64,000 nt of DNA, taken from the human T2T-CHM13v2.0 reference genome, Homo sapiens. Shown here piece after piece: positions 1 to 13,483 of this stretch. The notes below the pieces were generated by a model that was not told the origin of the DNA, did no database searches, and worked only from the letters and a program-made list of their open reading frames with translations. How positions within the stretch are numbered: the first letter of the stretch is position 1; each line of letters starts with the position of its first letter. Made by a program: the position numbers and the translations under genes. Location: the NCBI RefSeq assembly GCF_009914755.1, contig NC_060931.1; one strand, written 5' to 3'.

Positions 1-2093
1 AAGATGTTTCTCAGAATTCTTCTGTCTAGTTTTTATGTGAAGATATAACCTTTTCCACCGTAGGCCTCAAAGCGCTCCAAATGTCCACTTGCAGGTTCTA
101 CAAAAAGAGTGTTTTGAAACAGCTCTATCAAAAGAAAGGTTTAACCCTGTGAGATGAGTGCACCCTTCACAAAGAAGGTGATCAGATTGCTTCTGTCTAG
201 ATTTTATGTGAAGATATTTCCTTGTCCTCCGTTGGCCTCAATGCGCTCCTAATGTCCAATTGCAGATTCTACAAAAAGAGTGCTGGAAAACTCCTCAATG
301 AAAAGTAAGTTTCCACTCTGTGAGATGAATGCACGCATCACAAAGATGTTTGTCAGAATGCTTCTGTCTAGTTTTTATGTGAAGATATTTCGTTTTCCAC
401 CATAGTCCTCAAAGCGCTCCAAATGTCCACTTGCAGATTGTACAAAAAGTGTGTTTCAAAGCTGCTCAAACAAAAGGAAGGTTCAACTCTGTGACATAAA
501 TGCAAACATCACAGAGAAGTTTCTCAGAATGCATTTGTCTAGTTTTTATGTGAAGATATTTCTTTTCTCACCATAGGCTTCAAAGCGCTCCAAATGTCCC
601 CTTGCAGATGCCACAAAAAGAGTTTTTCAAAGCTGCTCAATCAAAAGAAAACTTAAACCCTCTGAGATGAATGCACACATCACAAAGCAGCTTGTCAGAA
701 TGATTCTGTCTAGTTTTTATGTGAAGATATTTCCTTTTCCACCATATGCCTCAAAGCACTCCAAATGTCCACTTGCAGATAGTACAAAAAGGGTGTTTCA
801 AAACTGCTCAGTCAAGTTAAGGTTCAACTTGGTGAGACAAATGCACATATCACAAAGAAGGTTGTCAGAATGCTTCTGTGTAGTTTTAATGTGAAGATAT
901 TTCCTTTTCCATCATAGGCCTCAAAGCACTCTAAATGTCCACTTAATGATTCTACAAAAAGAGTGTTTCCCCCTGCTCAATGAAAAGTAAGTTTCAACTC
1001 TGTGAGATGAATGCACACATTACAAAGACGTTTGTCAGAATGCTTCTGTCTAGTTTTTATGTGAAGATATTTCCTTTTCCACCATATGCCACAAAGCTCT
1101 CCAAATGTCCTCTGGCAGATGCTCCAGGAAGAGTATTTAAAGCTGCTCAATCCAAAGAAAAGTTCAACTCTGTGAGATGACGGCACACATCACGAAGTAA
1201 CTTCTCAGAATGCTTCTGTTTGCTTTTTATGTGGAGATATTTCTTTTTTACCATAGGCCTCAAATCACTCCAAAAGTCCAATTGCAGGTTCTACAAAAAG
1301 ACTGTATCAAACCTGCTAAATCGAAAGTAAGGTTCAACTCTGTGAGATGAATGCACTGATTACCAAGAAATTTCTCAGAATGCTTCTGTCTACTTGTTAC
1401 ATGAAGATATTTCCTTTTCCACCATAGGCCTCAAAGTACTCCAAATGTCCACATGCAGATAGTACAAATAGGGTGTTTCAAAGCTGCTCAAACAAAATGA
1501 AGTTTCCCTCTGTGATATGATTTACAGATCACAAAGTAATTTCTCAGATTGCTTCTGTCTAGATTTTATGTGAAGATATTTCCTTTTCCACCATAATCCT
1601 CAAAGAACTCCAAATGTCGATTTCCAGATCCTACAAAAAGAGAGCTTCAAAACTGCTCAATCAAAAGAAAGATTTAACTCTGTGAGATGAATGCACACAT
1701 CACAAAGAGGTTTCTCAGATTGCTTCTGTCTAGTTTTTATGTGAAGATATTTCCTTTTCCACCACAGGCCTCAAAGCACTCCAAATATCCAAATGCAAAT
1801 TCTACAAAAAGAGAGTTTCAAAACTGCTCAATCAAAAGAAAGATTTAACTCCGTGAGATGAATGAACACATCATAAAGAAGTTTCTCAGATTGATTCTGT
1901 CTAGATTTTATGTGAAGGTATTTACTTTTCTACCATAGGCTGCAAAGCCCTCCAAATGTCCACATGCAGATTCCACAAAAAGAGGGTTTCCAAACTGCTC
2001 AATAAAAAGAACGTTTCAACTCTGTGAGATGAATGCACACATCAGAAAGAAATTTCTCAGAATTCTTCTGTCTAGTTTTTATGTGAAGATATT
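1..2093 (-). repeat. Alpha satellite, diverged monomers (reverse of conventional ALR orientation)
   Basis: ~171-bp tandem units ttctcagaatgcttctgtctagtttttatgtgaagatatttccttttccaccataggcctcaaagcgctccaaatgtccacttgcagattctacaaaaagag... Confidence 0.97.
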
Positions 2094-2103
2094 ACATGTG
2101 AAG

Positions 2104-5100
2104 AAAACTAGACAGAAGAATTCTCAGAAACTTCTTTGTGATGTGTGCATTCAACTCACAGAGTTGAACCTTTCTTTTGATAGAGCAGTTTTGAAACCCT
2201 CTTTTTGTAGAATCTACAAGTGGACATTTGGAGGGCTTTGAGGCCTATGGTAGAAAAGGAAATATTTTCACATAAAAACTAGACGGAATCATTCAGAGAA
2301 AATACTTCGTGATGTTTGCATTCATCTCACAGACTTGAAATTTTGTTCAGATTGAACAGTTTGGAAGCAATCTTTTTGCAGGATCTGCAAGTGGACAAGT
2401 GAAGTGCTTTGAGACCTACGATGGAAAAGGATATATCAACACATAAAACCTAGACAGAAGCATCCTGAAAAACCTCTTTGTCATGAGTGCATTCATCTCA
2501 TAGCGTTGAACCTTTCTTTTGATTGAGCAGTTTTGCAACAGCCTTTTTGTACTATCTGCCAGTGGACATTTGGAGTGCTTTGTGGCCTATGGTGGAAAAG
2601 GAAGTAGCTTCTCATAAAAAGTAGACAGAAGAATTGTGCAAATTACTTTGTGATGTGTCCGTTCATCTCACAGAGTTGAACATTTCTTTTGCTTGAATTG
2701 TTTGGAAACTCTCTTTTTGTAGAATCTGCAAGTGAACGTTTGGAGCGCTTTGAGGCCGATCGTGGAAAAGGTAATATCTTCAAATAAAAACTGTAGAGAA
2801 ACATTCTGACAAACTACTTCGTGATGTGTACATTCATCTCACAGAGTTGAAACTTTCTTTTCATTGAGCAGTTTTGAAACACTCTATTTGTATTATCTGC
2901 AAGTGTATATTTGGAGCACTTTGAGGCCTAAGGTGGAAAAAGAAATATTTTCAGATATATACTACACAGAATCATTCTGAGAAAATTATTAGTGATATGT
3001 GCATTCATGTGACAGAGTTGAACGTTACTTTTGATTAAGCAGTTTTGAAACACACTTTTTGTACTATCTGAAAGCAGACATTTGGAGTACTTGGAGTCCT
3101 TTTGTGGAAAAGGAAATATCTTCATATAAAAACTAGACAGAAGCATTCTGACACACTTCTTTGTGACGTGTGCATTCATCTCACAGAGTTGAACCTTTCC
3201 TTTCGTTGAGCAGCTTTGAAACACTCTTTTTGTAGAATCTGCAATTGGATATTTGGACCGCTTTGAGGCCTTCGTTGGAAACCAGAATATCTTCACATAA
3301 AAACTAGGCAGAAGCATTCTCAGAAACTTCTTTGTGGTGTGTGCATTCAACTCACAGAATTGAACCTTTCTTTTCATAAAGCAGTTTTGAAACACTCTTT
3401 TTGTAGAATCTGCAAGTGGACATTTGGAGCGCTTTGAGGCCTGTGGTGGAAAAGGAAATATCTTCACATAAAAACTAGGCAGAAGCATTCTGAAAAACTC
3501 CTTTGTGATATGTGCATTCATCTCACAGCGTTGAACATTTCTGTTGATTGAGCAGCTCTGAAGCACCCTTTTTGTAGAATGTGTGAGTGGATATTTGGAG
3601 CGCTTTGAGGTCTATGGTGGAAAAGCAAATATCTTCACATAAAAACTAGACGGAAGAATTCTGATCAACATCTTTGTGATGTGTGCATTCATCTCACAGA
3701 GTTGAACTTTTCTTTTCATTGAGCAGTTTCGAAACAGTCTTTTTGTAGAATCTGCAACAGGACATTTGGAGCGCTTTTGGGCCTATGGTGGAAAAGAAAA
3801 TATCTTCATATAAAAACTAGACAGAAGCATTCCGACAAAGTTCTCTATGATGTGTGCATTCATGTCACAGAGTTGAACCTTACTTCTCATTGAGTAGTTT
3901 TGAAAACCTCTTTTTTTAAAATCTGCAAGTGGACATTTGGAGCCCTTTGAGTCCTATGTTGGAAAAGGAAATATATTCACATAAAAAATAGACAGAAGCA
4001 TTCTGAAAACTTCTTTGTGATGTGTGCATTCATCTCACAGAGTTCAACCTTTCTTTTGATCGAGCAGTTTTGAAACTCTCTTTTTGTAGAATGTGTAAGT
4101 GGACATTTGGTGCGCTTTGAGGCCTAGGGAGGAAAAGGAAATATCTTCACATAAAAACTAGAAAGAAGCATTCTGACAAAGTTCTTTGTGATGTGTTCAT
4201 TCATCCACAGAGTTGAAATGTACCTGTCATTGAGCAGCTTTGGAACACTCTTTTTGTAGGGTCTGCAAGTGGACATTTGGAGCACTTTGAGGCCAATGGT
4301 GGAAAAGGAAATATCTTCACATAAAAATGAGACAAGCATTCGGACAAACTTCTTTGTGATATGTGCATTCATTTCAAAGAGTTGAAGCTACCTTTGATTG
4401 AAGAGTTTTGAAACACTCTTTTTGTAGAATCTACAGGTGGACATTTGGAGCGCTTTGAGGCCTATGGTGGAAAAGGAAGTATCTTCAAATAAAAGCTAGA
4501 CAGAAGCTTTGTGACAAACGCCTTTGGATGTGTGCATTCATCTCACAGAGCTGAACCTTACTTTTGATTGAGCAGTTTTGAAACACCGTTTTTGTACTAT
4601 CTGCAAGTGGACATTTGGCGTGCTTTGAGGCCTATGGTGGATAATGAAATATCTTCATATAAGAACTAGACAGAAGCATTCTGAGAAATTCCTTTGTGAT
4701 GTGCGCATTCATCTCACAGAGGTGAACCTTACTTTCAATTGAGCACTTTTGAAAGACTCTTTTTCTAGAATCTGCAAGTGGATATTTGGAGCGCTTTGAG
4801 TCCTATGGCGGATAATGAAATAACTTCCTATATTAAATAGACAGAAGCATTATGAGAAACTTTTTGGGATGAGTGCATTCATCTCACACAGAGTTGAACC
4901 TTTATTTTGATTGAGCAGCGTTGAAACACTCTTTTTGTGGAATCTGTAAGTGGACATTTGTAGCGCTTTGAGGCCAATGGTGGAAAAGGAAAAATCTTCA
5001 CATAAAAACAAGACAGAGTTATTCTGAGAAACTATTTTGTGATGTGTGCATTCATCCCACAGAGTTGAACCTTTCTTTTGATTGACCAGCTTTGAAACAG

Positions 5101-8100
5101 TCTTTGTAGAATCTGGAAGAGGACATTTGGAGCCCTTTGAGGTCTATGGTGGAAAGGGAAATATCTTCATGTAAAAACAAGACAGAAGCATTCTGAGAAA
5201 CTTCTTTGTGATGTGTGCATTCATCTCACAGAGTTGAACCTTACTTTTTATTGGGCAGCTTTGAAACACTCTTTTTGTAGAATCTGCAAGGGGATATTTT
5301 GTTCCCTTTGAGGCCTATGTTGCAAAATGAAATATCTTCACATAATAACTAGACAGAAGCATTCTCAGAAACTTCTTTGTGATGTGTGCATTCAAGTCAC
5401 AGAGGTGAAAATTTCTTTTGATAGAGCAGTTTTGAAACTCTCTTTTTGTAGAATCTGCAAGTGGATATTTGGAGAGCTTTGAGGCCTATGGTGGAAAAGG
5501 AAATATCTTCACATAAAAACTAGACAGAAGCATTCTGTCAAACTTCTTTGTGATGTGTGAATTCATCTCACAGAGTTGAACCTTACTTTTCATTGAGGAG
5601 TTTTTAAACACTATTTTTGTAGAATCTGTAAGTGGACATTTGGAGTGCTTTGAAGTCTATTGTGGATAACGTAATATTTTCATATAATAACTAGACAGAG
5701 GCATTATGAGAAACTTCTTTTTGACGTGTGCACTCATCTCCCGGAGTTGAAACTTTCTTTTGATAGAGCAGTTTTCATACACACTTTTTGTAGAATTTAC
5801 AAGTGGACATTTTGAGCTGTTTGAAGGGTTTGGTGGAAAAGGAAATATCTTCAAATAAAAACTAGAATGAAGCATTCTGAGAAACTTCTTTGTGATGTGT
5901 GCATTCGTCTCACAGAGTTGAAACTTTTCTTTGATGGAGCAGATTGGAAACACTCTTTTGTAGAATCTGCAAGTGGACATTTGGAGCGCTTTGAGGCCTA
6001 TGGTGGAAAAGGAAATATCTTCACATAAACACTAGACAGAAGCAATCTGACAAACATCTTGGTGATGTTAGTATTCATCACACAGAGTTGAACCTTTCTT
6101 TTGATAGAACAGTTTTGAAACACTCTTTTTGTAGAATCTGCATGAGGACATTTGGAGCACTTTGAGGCTTAGGGTGGAAAAGGAAGTATCTTCAAATAAA
6201 AACTAGTCAGAAGCATTCTGACAAACTTCTTGGTGATGTGTGCTGTCATCTCACAGAGTTGAACATTTCTTTTGATTGAACAGCTTTGAAACACTCTTTT
6301 TGTAGAATCTGCATGAGGACATTTGGAGCGCTTTGAGACCTATGGTGGAAAAGAAAATAACTTCACATAAAAAGTAGACAGAAGCATTCTGACAAACTTC
6401 TTTGTGATGTGTGCATTCATCTCACAGAGTTCAACCTTACTTTTCATTGAGCAGCTTTCAAACACTCTTTTTATAAAATCCACTAGTGGACATTTTGAGC
6501 TCTTTGAGGACTAGGTGGAAATGGAAATTTCTTTACATAAAAACTAGAAAGAAGCATTCTGAGAAACTTCTTTGTGATGTGTGCATTCATCTCACAGAGT
6601 GGAAACTTCCTTTTGATTGAGCATTTTGGAAACGCTCTTTTTGTAGAATCTGCAAGCTGACATTTGGAGCTCTTTGTGGCCTATTGTAGAAAAGGAAATA
6701 TCTTCAAATAAAATCTAGACAGAAGCAATCTGAGAAACTTCTTTGTGATGTGTGCATTCATCTCAAAGACTTAAACCTTTCTTTTTATTGAGGAGTTTTG
6801 AAACTCTCCTTTTGTAGAAACTGCAAGTGGATATTTGGAGCCCTTTGAGGCCTATGGTGGAAAAGGAAATGTCTTCACATAAAAACCTGGCAGAAGAATT
6901 CTGAGAAACTTCTTTGTGATGTGCGCGTTCATCTCACAGAGTTCAACCTTTCTTTTGATTGAGCAGTTTTGAAACAGTCTTTTTGTAGAATATGCAAGTG
7001 GACATTTGGAGTGTTTTGCTGCTTATAGTAGAAAAGGAAATATCTTCACATAAAATCTAGACAGAAACATTCTGAGAAACTTCTTTGTGATAGGTACATT
7101 CATCTCACAGAGTTAAACCTTTCTTTTGATTGAGTAGTTTTGAAACTTTCTTTTTGTAGAATCTGCAATTGGACATTCGGAGCGCTTTGAGGACTAACGT
7201 GGAAAAGTAAATATCTTCACATAAAGCCTAGATAGAAGCATTCTCAGAAACTTCTTTGTGATGTGTGCCTTCATCTCCCAGAGTTATGGTCCAGTTTTGA
7301 AATACTCTTTTTGTAGAATCTGCAAGTGGACATTTCGAGCACCTTGAGGCCTGTGGTGGAAAATGAAATATCTTCATATAAAAAATAGACAGAAGAATTC
7401 TGAGAAACTTCTTTGTGATGGGTGTGTTTATCTCACAGAGTTGAACATTTGTTTAGATTCAGCAGTTTGGAAACACTCTTTTTGTAGTATCTGCAAGTGG
7501 ACATGTGGAGCGCTTTGAGTCCTATGTTAGAAAAGGAAATATCTTCTCATGAAAACTAGACAGAAGAATTCTGAGAAGTTACTTTGGATGTGTGCATTCA
7601 TCTCACAGAGTTGAACTTTTCTTTTGATTGAGCAGTTTGGAAACACTCTATTTGTAGAGTCTGCAAGTGGACATTTCGAGTGCTTTGTGGCCTATGGTAG
7701 AAAAGGAAATATCTTCACCTAAAATCTAGAGAGAAGCAATCTGAGAAAATGCTTTGTGATGTGTGCATTCATCTCAGAGTTAAACCTTTCTTTCGATTGA
7801 GCAGTTTTGAATCTCTCTTTTTGTAGAATCTGCAAGTAGACATTTGGAGAGCTTTGAGACCTATGGTTTAAAAGGACATATCTTCACATAAAAACTAGAT
7901 AGAAGCATTCTGAGAAACTTCTTTGTGATGTGTGTATTCATCTCCCAGAGTTGAACATTTCTTTTGAAGGACGAGTTTTGCATTACTCTTTTTGTAGAAT
8001 CTGCAAGTGGACATTTTGAGCACTTTGAGGCCTATGGTGAAAAAAGAAATATCTTCACATAAAAATGAGACTGAAGAATTCTGAGAAACAACTTTGTGAT

Positions 8101-11100
8101 GTGTGCGTTCATCTCACAGAGTTGAATCTTTCTTTTGATTGAGCAGTTTGGAAAAACTCTTTTTGTAGAATCTGCAAGTGTATATTTGGAGCGCTATGTG
8201 ACCTACAGTAGAAAAGGAAATATCTTCACATCAAATCTACACAGAAGCCATTTGAGAATGTACTTTGTGATGTATGCATTCATCTCACAGTGTTAAACCT
8301 TTCTTTCGTTGAGCAGTTTGTAAACACTCTTTTTGTAGAATCTGCAAGTGGACACTTGGAGTACTTTGCGGCCTATGCTAGAAAAGGAAGTATCTTCACA
8401 TAAAATCTAGACAGAAGCAGTCTGAGAAACTTATTTGTGATGTGTGCATTCATTCACAGAGTTAAACCTTTCTTTGGATTGAGCAGTTTTGAAACTCTCT
8501 TCTTGTAGAATCTGCAATGGACATTTGGAGTGCTTTGAGGCCTATGGTGGAAAAGGAAATATCTTCACATAAAAACAAGATAGAAGAATTCTGAAGAACT
8601 TTTTTGTGATGCGTGCGTTCATCTCACAGAGTTGAACCTTTCTTTTGACTGAGCAGTTTGGAAGCACTATTTTTGAAGAATCTCCAAGTGGACATTTGGA
8701 GTGCTTTGCGGCCTAGGGTCGAAAACGAAATATCGTCACATAAAATCTAGACAGAAGCAATCTGAGAAACTACTTTATGATGTGTGTATTCATCTCACAG
8801 AGTTAACCCTTTCTTTTGAATGAGTAGTTTTGAAACTCTCTTTTTGTAGAATCTGCAATTGGACATTTGGAGCGCTTTGAGGCCTATTGTGGAAAACTTA
8901 ATCTCTTCACATAAAAACTAGGTAGAAGAATTCTGACAAACTTCTTTCTGATATGTGCATTCATCTCATGGAGTTGAAACTTTTCTTTTGATTGAGTAGT
9001 TTGGAAACACTCTTTTTGTCGAATCTGCAGATAGACATTTTGAGCGTTTTGCGGCCGATAGTAGAAAAGGAAATATCTTCAAATAAAATCTTCACAGAAG
9101 CAGTCTGAGAAACTTCCTCTTGATGTTTGCATTCATCTCAAAGAGTTAACCGTTTCTTTTGATTGAACAGTTTTGAAACTCTCTTTTTGTAGAATATGCA
9201 AGTGGACATTTGGAGCGCTTTGAAGAATATGGTGGAAAAGGAAATATCTTCACATAAAAACTAGAGAGAAGAATTCTGAGAAACTTCTTTTCTGATGCTT
9301 GCATTCATCTCAAAGAGTTGAAATTTTCTTTTGATTGAGCATTTTGGAAACACACTTTTCGTATAATCTGCAAGTGGACATTAGGAGCGCTTTGCTGCTA
9401 ATGTTAGAAAAGGAAATATCTTCACATAATATCTAGACAGAGGCAATCTGAGAAACTGCTTTGTGATGTGTACATTCATATCACAGAGTTAAAACTTCCT
9501 TTTGATTAAGAGTTTTGAAACACTCTTTTTGTAGATTCTGCAATTGGACATTTGGAGCTCCTTGAGGCCTATAGTGGAAAAGAAATATCTTCACATAAAA
9601 ACTAGACAGAAGAATTCTGACAAACTTCTTTTGATATGTGCATTCATCTCACAGAGTTGAAGGTTTCTTTTGATTGAGTAGTTTGGAAACACTCTTTTTC
9701 TAGAATTTGCAAGTGGACATTGGAGCGCTTTGAAGTCTATGGTCGAAACGGAAATATCTTCACATAAAATCTAGACAGAAGCAATCTGAGAAACTTCTTT
9801 GTGATGTGTGCATTCATCTCACGGAGTTAAACCTTTCTTTTGAGCAGTTTTGAAACTCTCTTTTTGTAGAATCTGCAAGTGGACATTTGGAGCGCTTTGA
9901 GGCCTATGGTGGAAAAGGAAATATCTTCACATAAATACCAGACAGAAGCAATCTGAGAAACTTCCTTGTATTGTGTGCATTCATCTCACACAGTTAACCC
10001 TTTCTTTTGATTGAGCAGTTTTGAAACTCTCTTTTTGTAGAATCTGCAAGTGGACATTTGGAGGGCTTTGAGGAATATGATGGAAAAGGAAATATCTTCA
10101 CATAAAAACTACACAGAAGAATTCTGAGAAACTTCTTTGTGATAAGTGCATTCCTCTCACAGAGTTAAAACTTTCTTTTGATTTTGAAGTTTTGAAATTC
10201 TCTTTTTATAGATTCTACAAGTGGACATTTGGAGCCCTTTGAAACCTGTGGAGGAAAAGGAAATATCTTCACATAAAAACTAGACAGAAGAATTCTGAGA
10301 AACCTCTTTGTTTTGTGTGCATTCATCTCACAGAGTTGAATCATTCTTTTGATTGAGCATTTTGGAAACACTGTTTTTGTAGAATCTGCAAGTGGACCGT
10401 TGGGGCGATTTGCGGCCTAAGGTAAAAAAGGAAATATCTTCATATAAAATCTAGACAGAAGCAATCTGTGAAACTTCTTTGTGGTGTGTGCGTTCATCCC
10501 ACGGAATTGAAACTTTCTTTTGATTGAGCAGTTGGAAACCCTCTTTTTGTAGACTCTGCAAGTGGACATTTGGAGTGCTTTGCGGCCTGTGGTAGAAAAG
10601 TAAATATCTTCACAGAATATCTAGACAGAAGCAATCAGAGAAACTTCTTTGTGATGTGTGCATTCATCTCACAGAGTTATCCCTTTCTTTTGATTGAGCA
10701 GTTTTGAAACTCTCTTTTTGTAGAATCTGCCAGTGGACATTTGGAGCGCCTTGTAACCTATGGTGGAAAAGGAAATATCTTCACATAAAAACTAGACAGA
10801 AGAATTCTGAGAAACTTCTTTTTGATGTGTGCATTCATCTCATGGAGTCGAACCTTTCTTTTGATTGAGCAGTTTGGAAACACTCTTTTTGTGGAATCTG
10901 CAAGTGGACATTTGGAGCACTTTGCACCTATAGTAGAAAAGGAAATATCTTCACATAAAAACTACACAGAATCAATCTGAGAAACTACTTTGTGACGTGT
11001 GCATTCATCTCACAGAGTTAAACCATTCTTTTGATTGAGCAGTTTTGAAACCCTCTTTTGTAGAATATGTAAGTGGACACTTGGAGCACTTTGAGGCCTA

Positions 11101-13213
11101 TGGTGGAAAAGGAAATATCTTCACATAAAAACTAGGCAGAAGAATTCTCAGAAACTTCTTTGTGATGTGTGGTTTCATCTCACAGAGTTGAGCCTTTCTT
11201 TTGATTGAGCAGTTTTGAAACCCTCTTTTTGGAGAATCTGCAAGGGGACATTTGGAGCGCTTTGAGGCCTATGGTGGATAACGAAATATTTTCCCATAAT
11301 AACTAGACAAAAGCATTCTGAGAAATATCTTCGTGATGTGTGTGTTTATCTCACAGAGTTAAAATTTTCTTTTGTTTGAGCAGTTTTGAATCTCTTTTTT
11401 TGTAAAATCTTCACGCGGTCATTTGGAGAGCTTTGAGGCCTTTGTTGGAAATGGAAATATCTTCACATAAAAACTAGACAGAAGAATTCTGAGAAACTTC
11501 TTTGCGATGCATGTGTTCATCTCATGGAGGTGAACCTTTCTTTTGATTGAGGAGTTCAGAAACACTCTTTTTGTAGAATCTGCAAGTGGTCATTAGAAGC
11601 GCTTTGCGGCCTATGTTAGAAAAGGAAATATCTTCACGTAAAATCTAGACAGAAGCAATCTGAGAAACTTCTTTGTGATGTGTGCATTCATCTCACAAAG
11701 TTAAACCTTTCTTCTGATTCAGCAGTTTTGAAACTCTCTATTTGTAGAATTTGCAAGTGAAAATTTGGAGTGCTCTGAGGCCTACAGTGGAAAAGGAAAT
11801 ATCCTCACATAAACACTAGATAGAAGCATTCTGAGAAACTACTTTGTGATGTGTGCATTCGTCTCCAAGAGTCAAAACTTTCTTTTGAAGGACCAGTTTT
11901 GAAATACTCTTTTTGTGGAATCTGCAAGTGGACATTTCGAGCGCCTTGAGGACTATTTTGGAAATCGAAATATCTTCACATAAAACTAGACAGAATAATT
12001 CTGAGAAACTTCTTTGTGATGTGTGCTTTCATATCACGGAATTGAACGTTTCTTTTGATTGAGCAGTTTGGAAACACTCTTTTTGTAGAATATGCAAGTG
12101 GACACTTGCAGTGTTTTGCAGCCTATGGTAGAAAAGGAAATATCTTAATGTAATATGTAGACAGAAGCAATCTGAGAAATTGCCTTGTGATGTGTGCATT
12201 CATCTCACAGAGTTAAACCTTTTGATTGAGAATTTTGAAACACTCTTTTTGTAGAATTTTCAAGTGGACATTTGTAGCACTTTGAGGCCTATGGTGGAAA
12301 AGGAAATATATTCACATAAAAACTACTCAGAACAATTCTGAGAAACTTCTTTGTGATGAGTGAGTTCATCTCACACAGCAGAACCTTTCTTTTGATTGAG
12401 CAGTTTTGAAACACTCTTTTTGTAGAATCTGCAAGTGGACATTTGGAGCGCTCTGCGGCCTATGGTAGAAAAGGAAATACCTACACATAAAATCTAGAAA
12501 AAAGCAACCTGGGAAACATCTTTGTGATTTGTGCATTCAAATAACAGAGTTAACTCTTTCTTTTGATTGAGCAGTTTTGAAACTCTCTCTTTGTAGAATC
12601 TATAAGTGGACATTTGTAGCGCCTTGCGGCCTATGGTAGAAAAGGAAATATCTACACATAAAATCTAGCCAGAAGCTATCCAAGAAACATCTTTGTGATG
12701 TGTTCATTCAGCTCACAGAGTTAAACCTTTCTTTTGATTGAGCAGTTTTGAAACTCTCTTTTTGTAGAATCTGCAAGTGGACATTGGGAGCACTTTGCGG
12801 CCTATGTTAGAAAAGGAAATCTCTTCACATAAAACCTAGACAGAAGCAATCTGAGAAACATCTTTGTGATGTGTGCATTCATCTCACAGAGTTAAACCTT
12901 TCTTTTCGTTGAGCAGTTTTGAACCTCTCTTTTTGTACAATCTGGATGTGGACATTTGGAGTGATTTGAGGCCTATGGTGGAAAGGGAAATATCTTCACA
13001 TAAAAACTAGACAGAATTCTGAGAAACTTCTTTGTGATGTGTACGTTCATCTCACAGAGTTGAACCTTTCTTTTGATTGAGCAGTTTGGAAACACTACTT
13101 TGTATAATCTGCAAGTGGACATTTGGAGTGCGTTGTGGCCTATGGTAGAAAAGAAAATATGTTCACATAAAACCTAGACAGAAGCAATCTGAGAAACTTT
13201 TTTGTGACGTGTG
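2104..13213 (+). repeat. Alpha satellite, opposite-orientation block (part 1)
   Basis: Units read aaaactagacagaagcattctgagaaacttctttgtgatgtgtgcattcatctcacagagttgaac, the reverse complement of the flanking arrays. The A/pJ-alpha box ctatggtggaaaaggaa is in most monomers. Confidence 0.97.
3270..3286 (+). other. Degenerate CENP-B box (likely non-functional)
   Basis: cttcgttggaaaccaga vs canonical CTTCGTTGGAAACGGGA: 15/17 match, 7/9 essential positions, located at the box position of the monomer. Confidence 0.7.
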
Positions 13214-13483
13214 TTTTCTTTTTTTTTAAAGTGTGTTTCTTTTTTTTTAGTTTATTATTATTATACTTTAAGTTTTAGGGTACATGTGAACAATCTGCAG
13301 GTTAGTTACATATGTATACATGTGCCATGCTGGTGTGCTGCACCCACTAACTAGTCATCTAGCATTAGGTATATCTCCCAATGCTATCCCGCCCCCCTCA
13401 CCCCCACTCTACAACAGTCCCCAGAGTGTGATATTCCCCTTCCTGTGTCCATTGTGTTCTCATTGTTCAATTCCCACCTATGA
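13214..13483 (-). mobile_element. L1 3' stub (last ORF2 codons, 3'UTR, polyA remnant), L1PA2/L1PA3-like
   Basis: T-rich tail, then ttatactttaagttttagggtacatgtg...gcattaggtatatctcccaatgctatccc...cattgttcaattcccacctatga, the reverse complement of the L1 3' end. Confidence 0.95.

Noticed and set aside
11440-11456. ctttgttggaaatggaa as a CpG-decayed CENP-B box
   Set aside because: It is three changes from both the B box and the A box, so it is uninformative.
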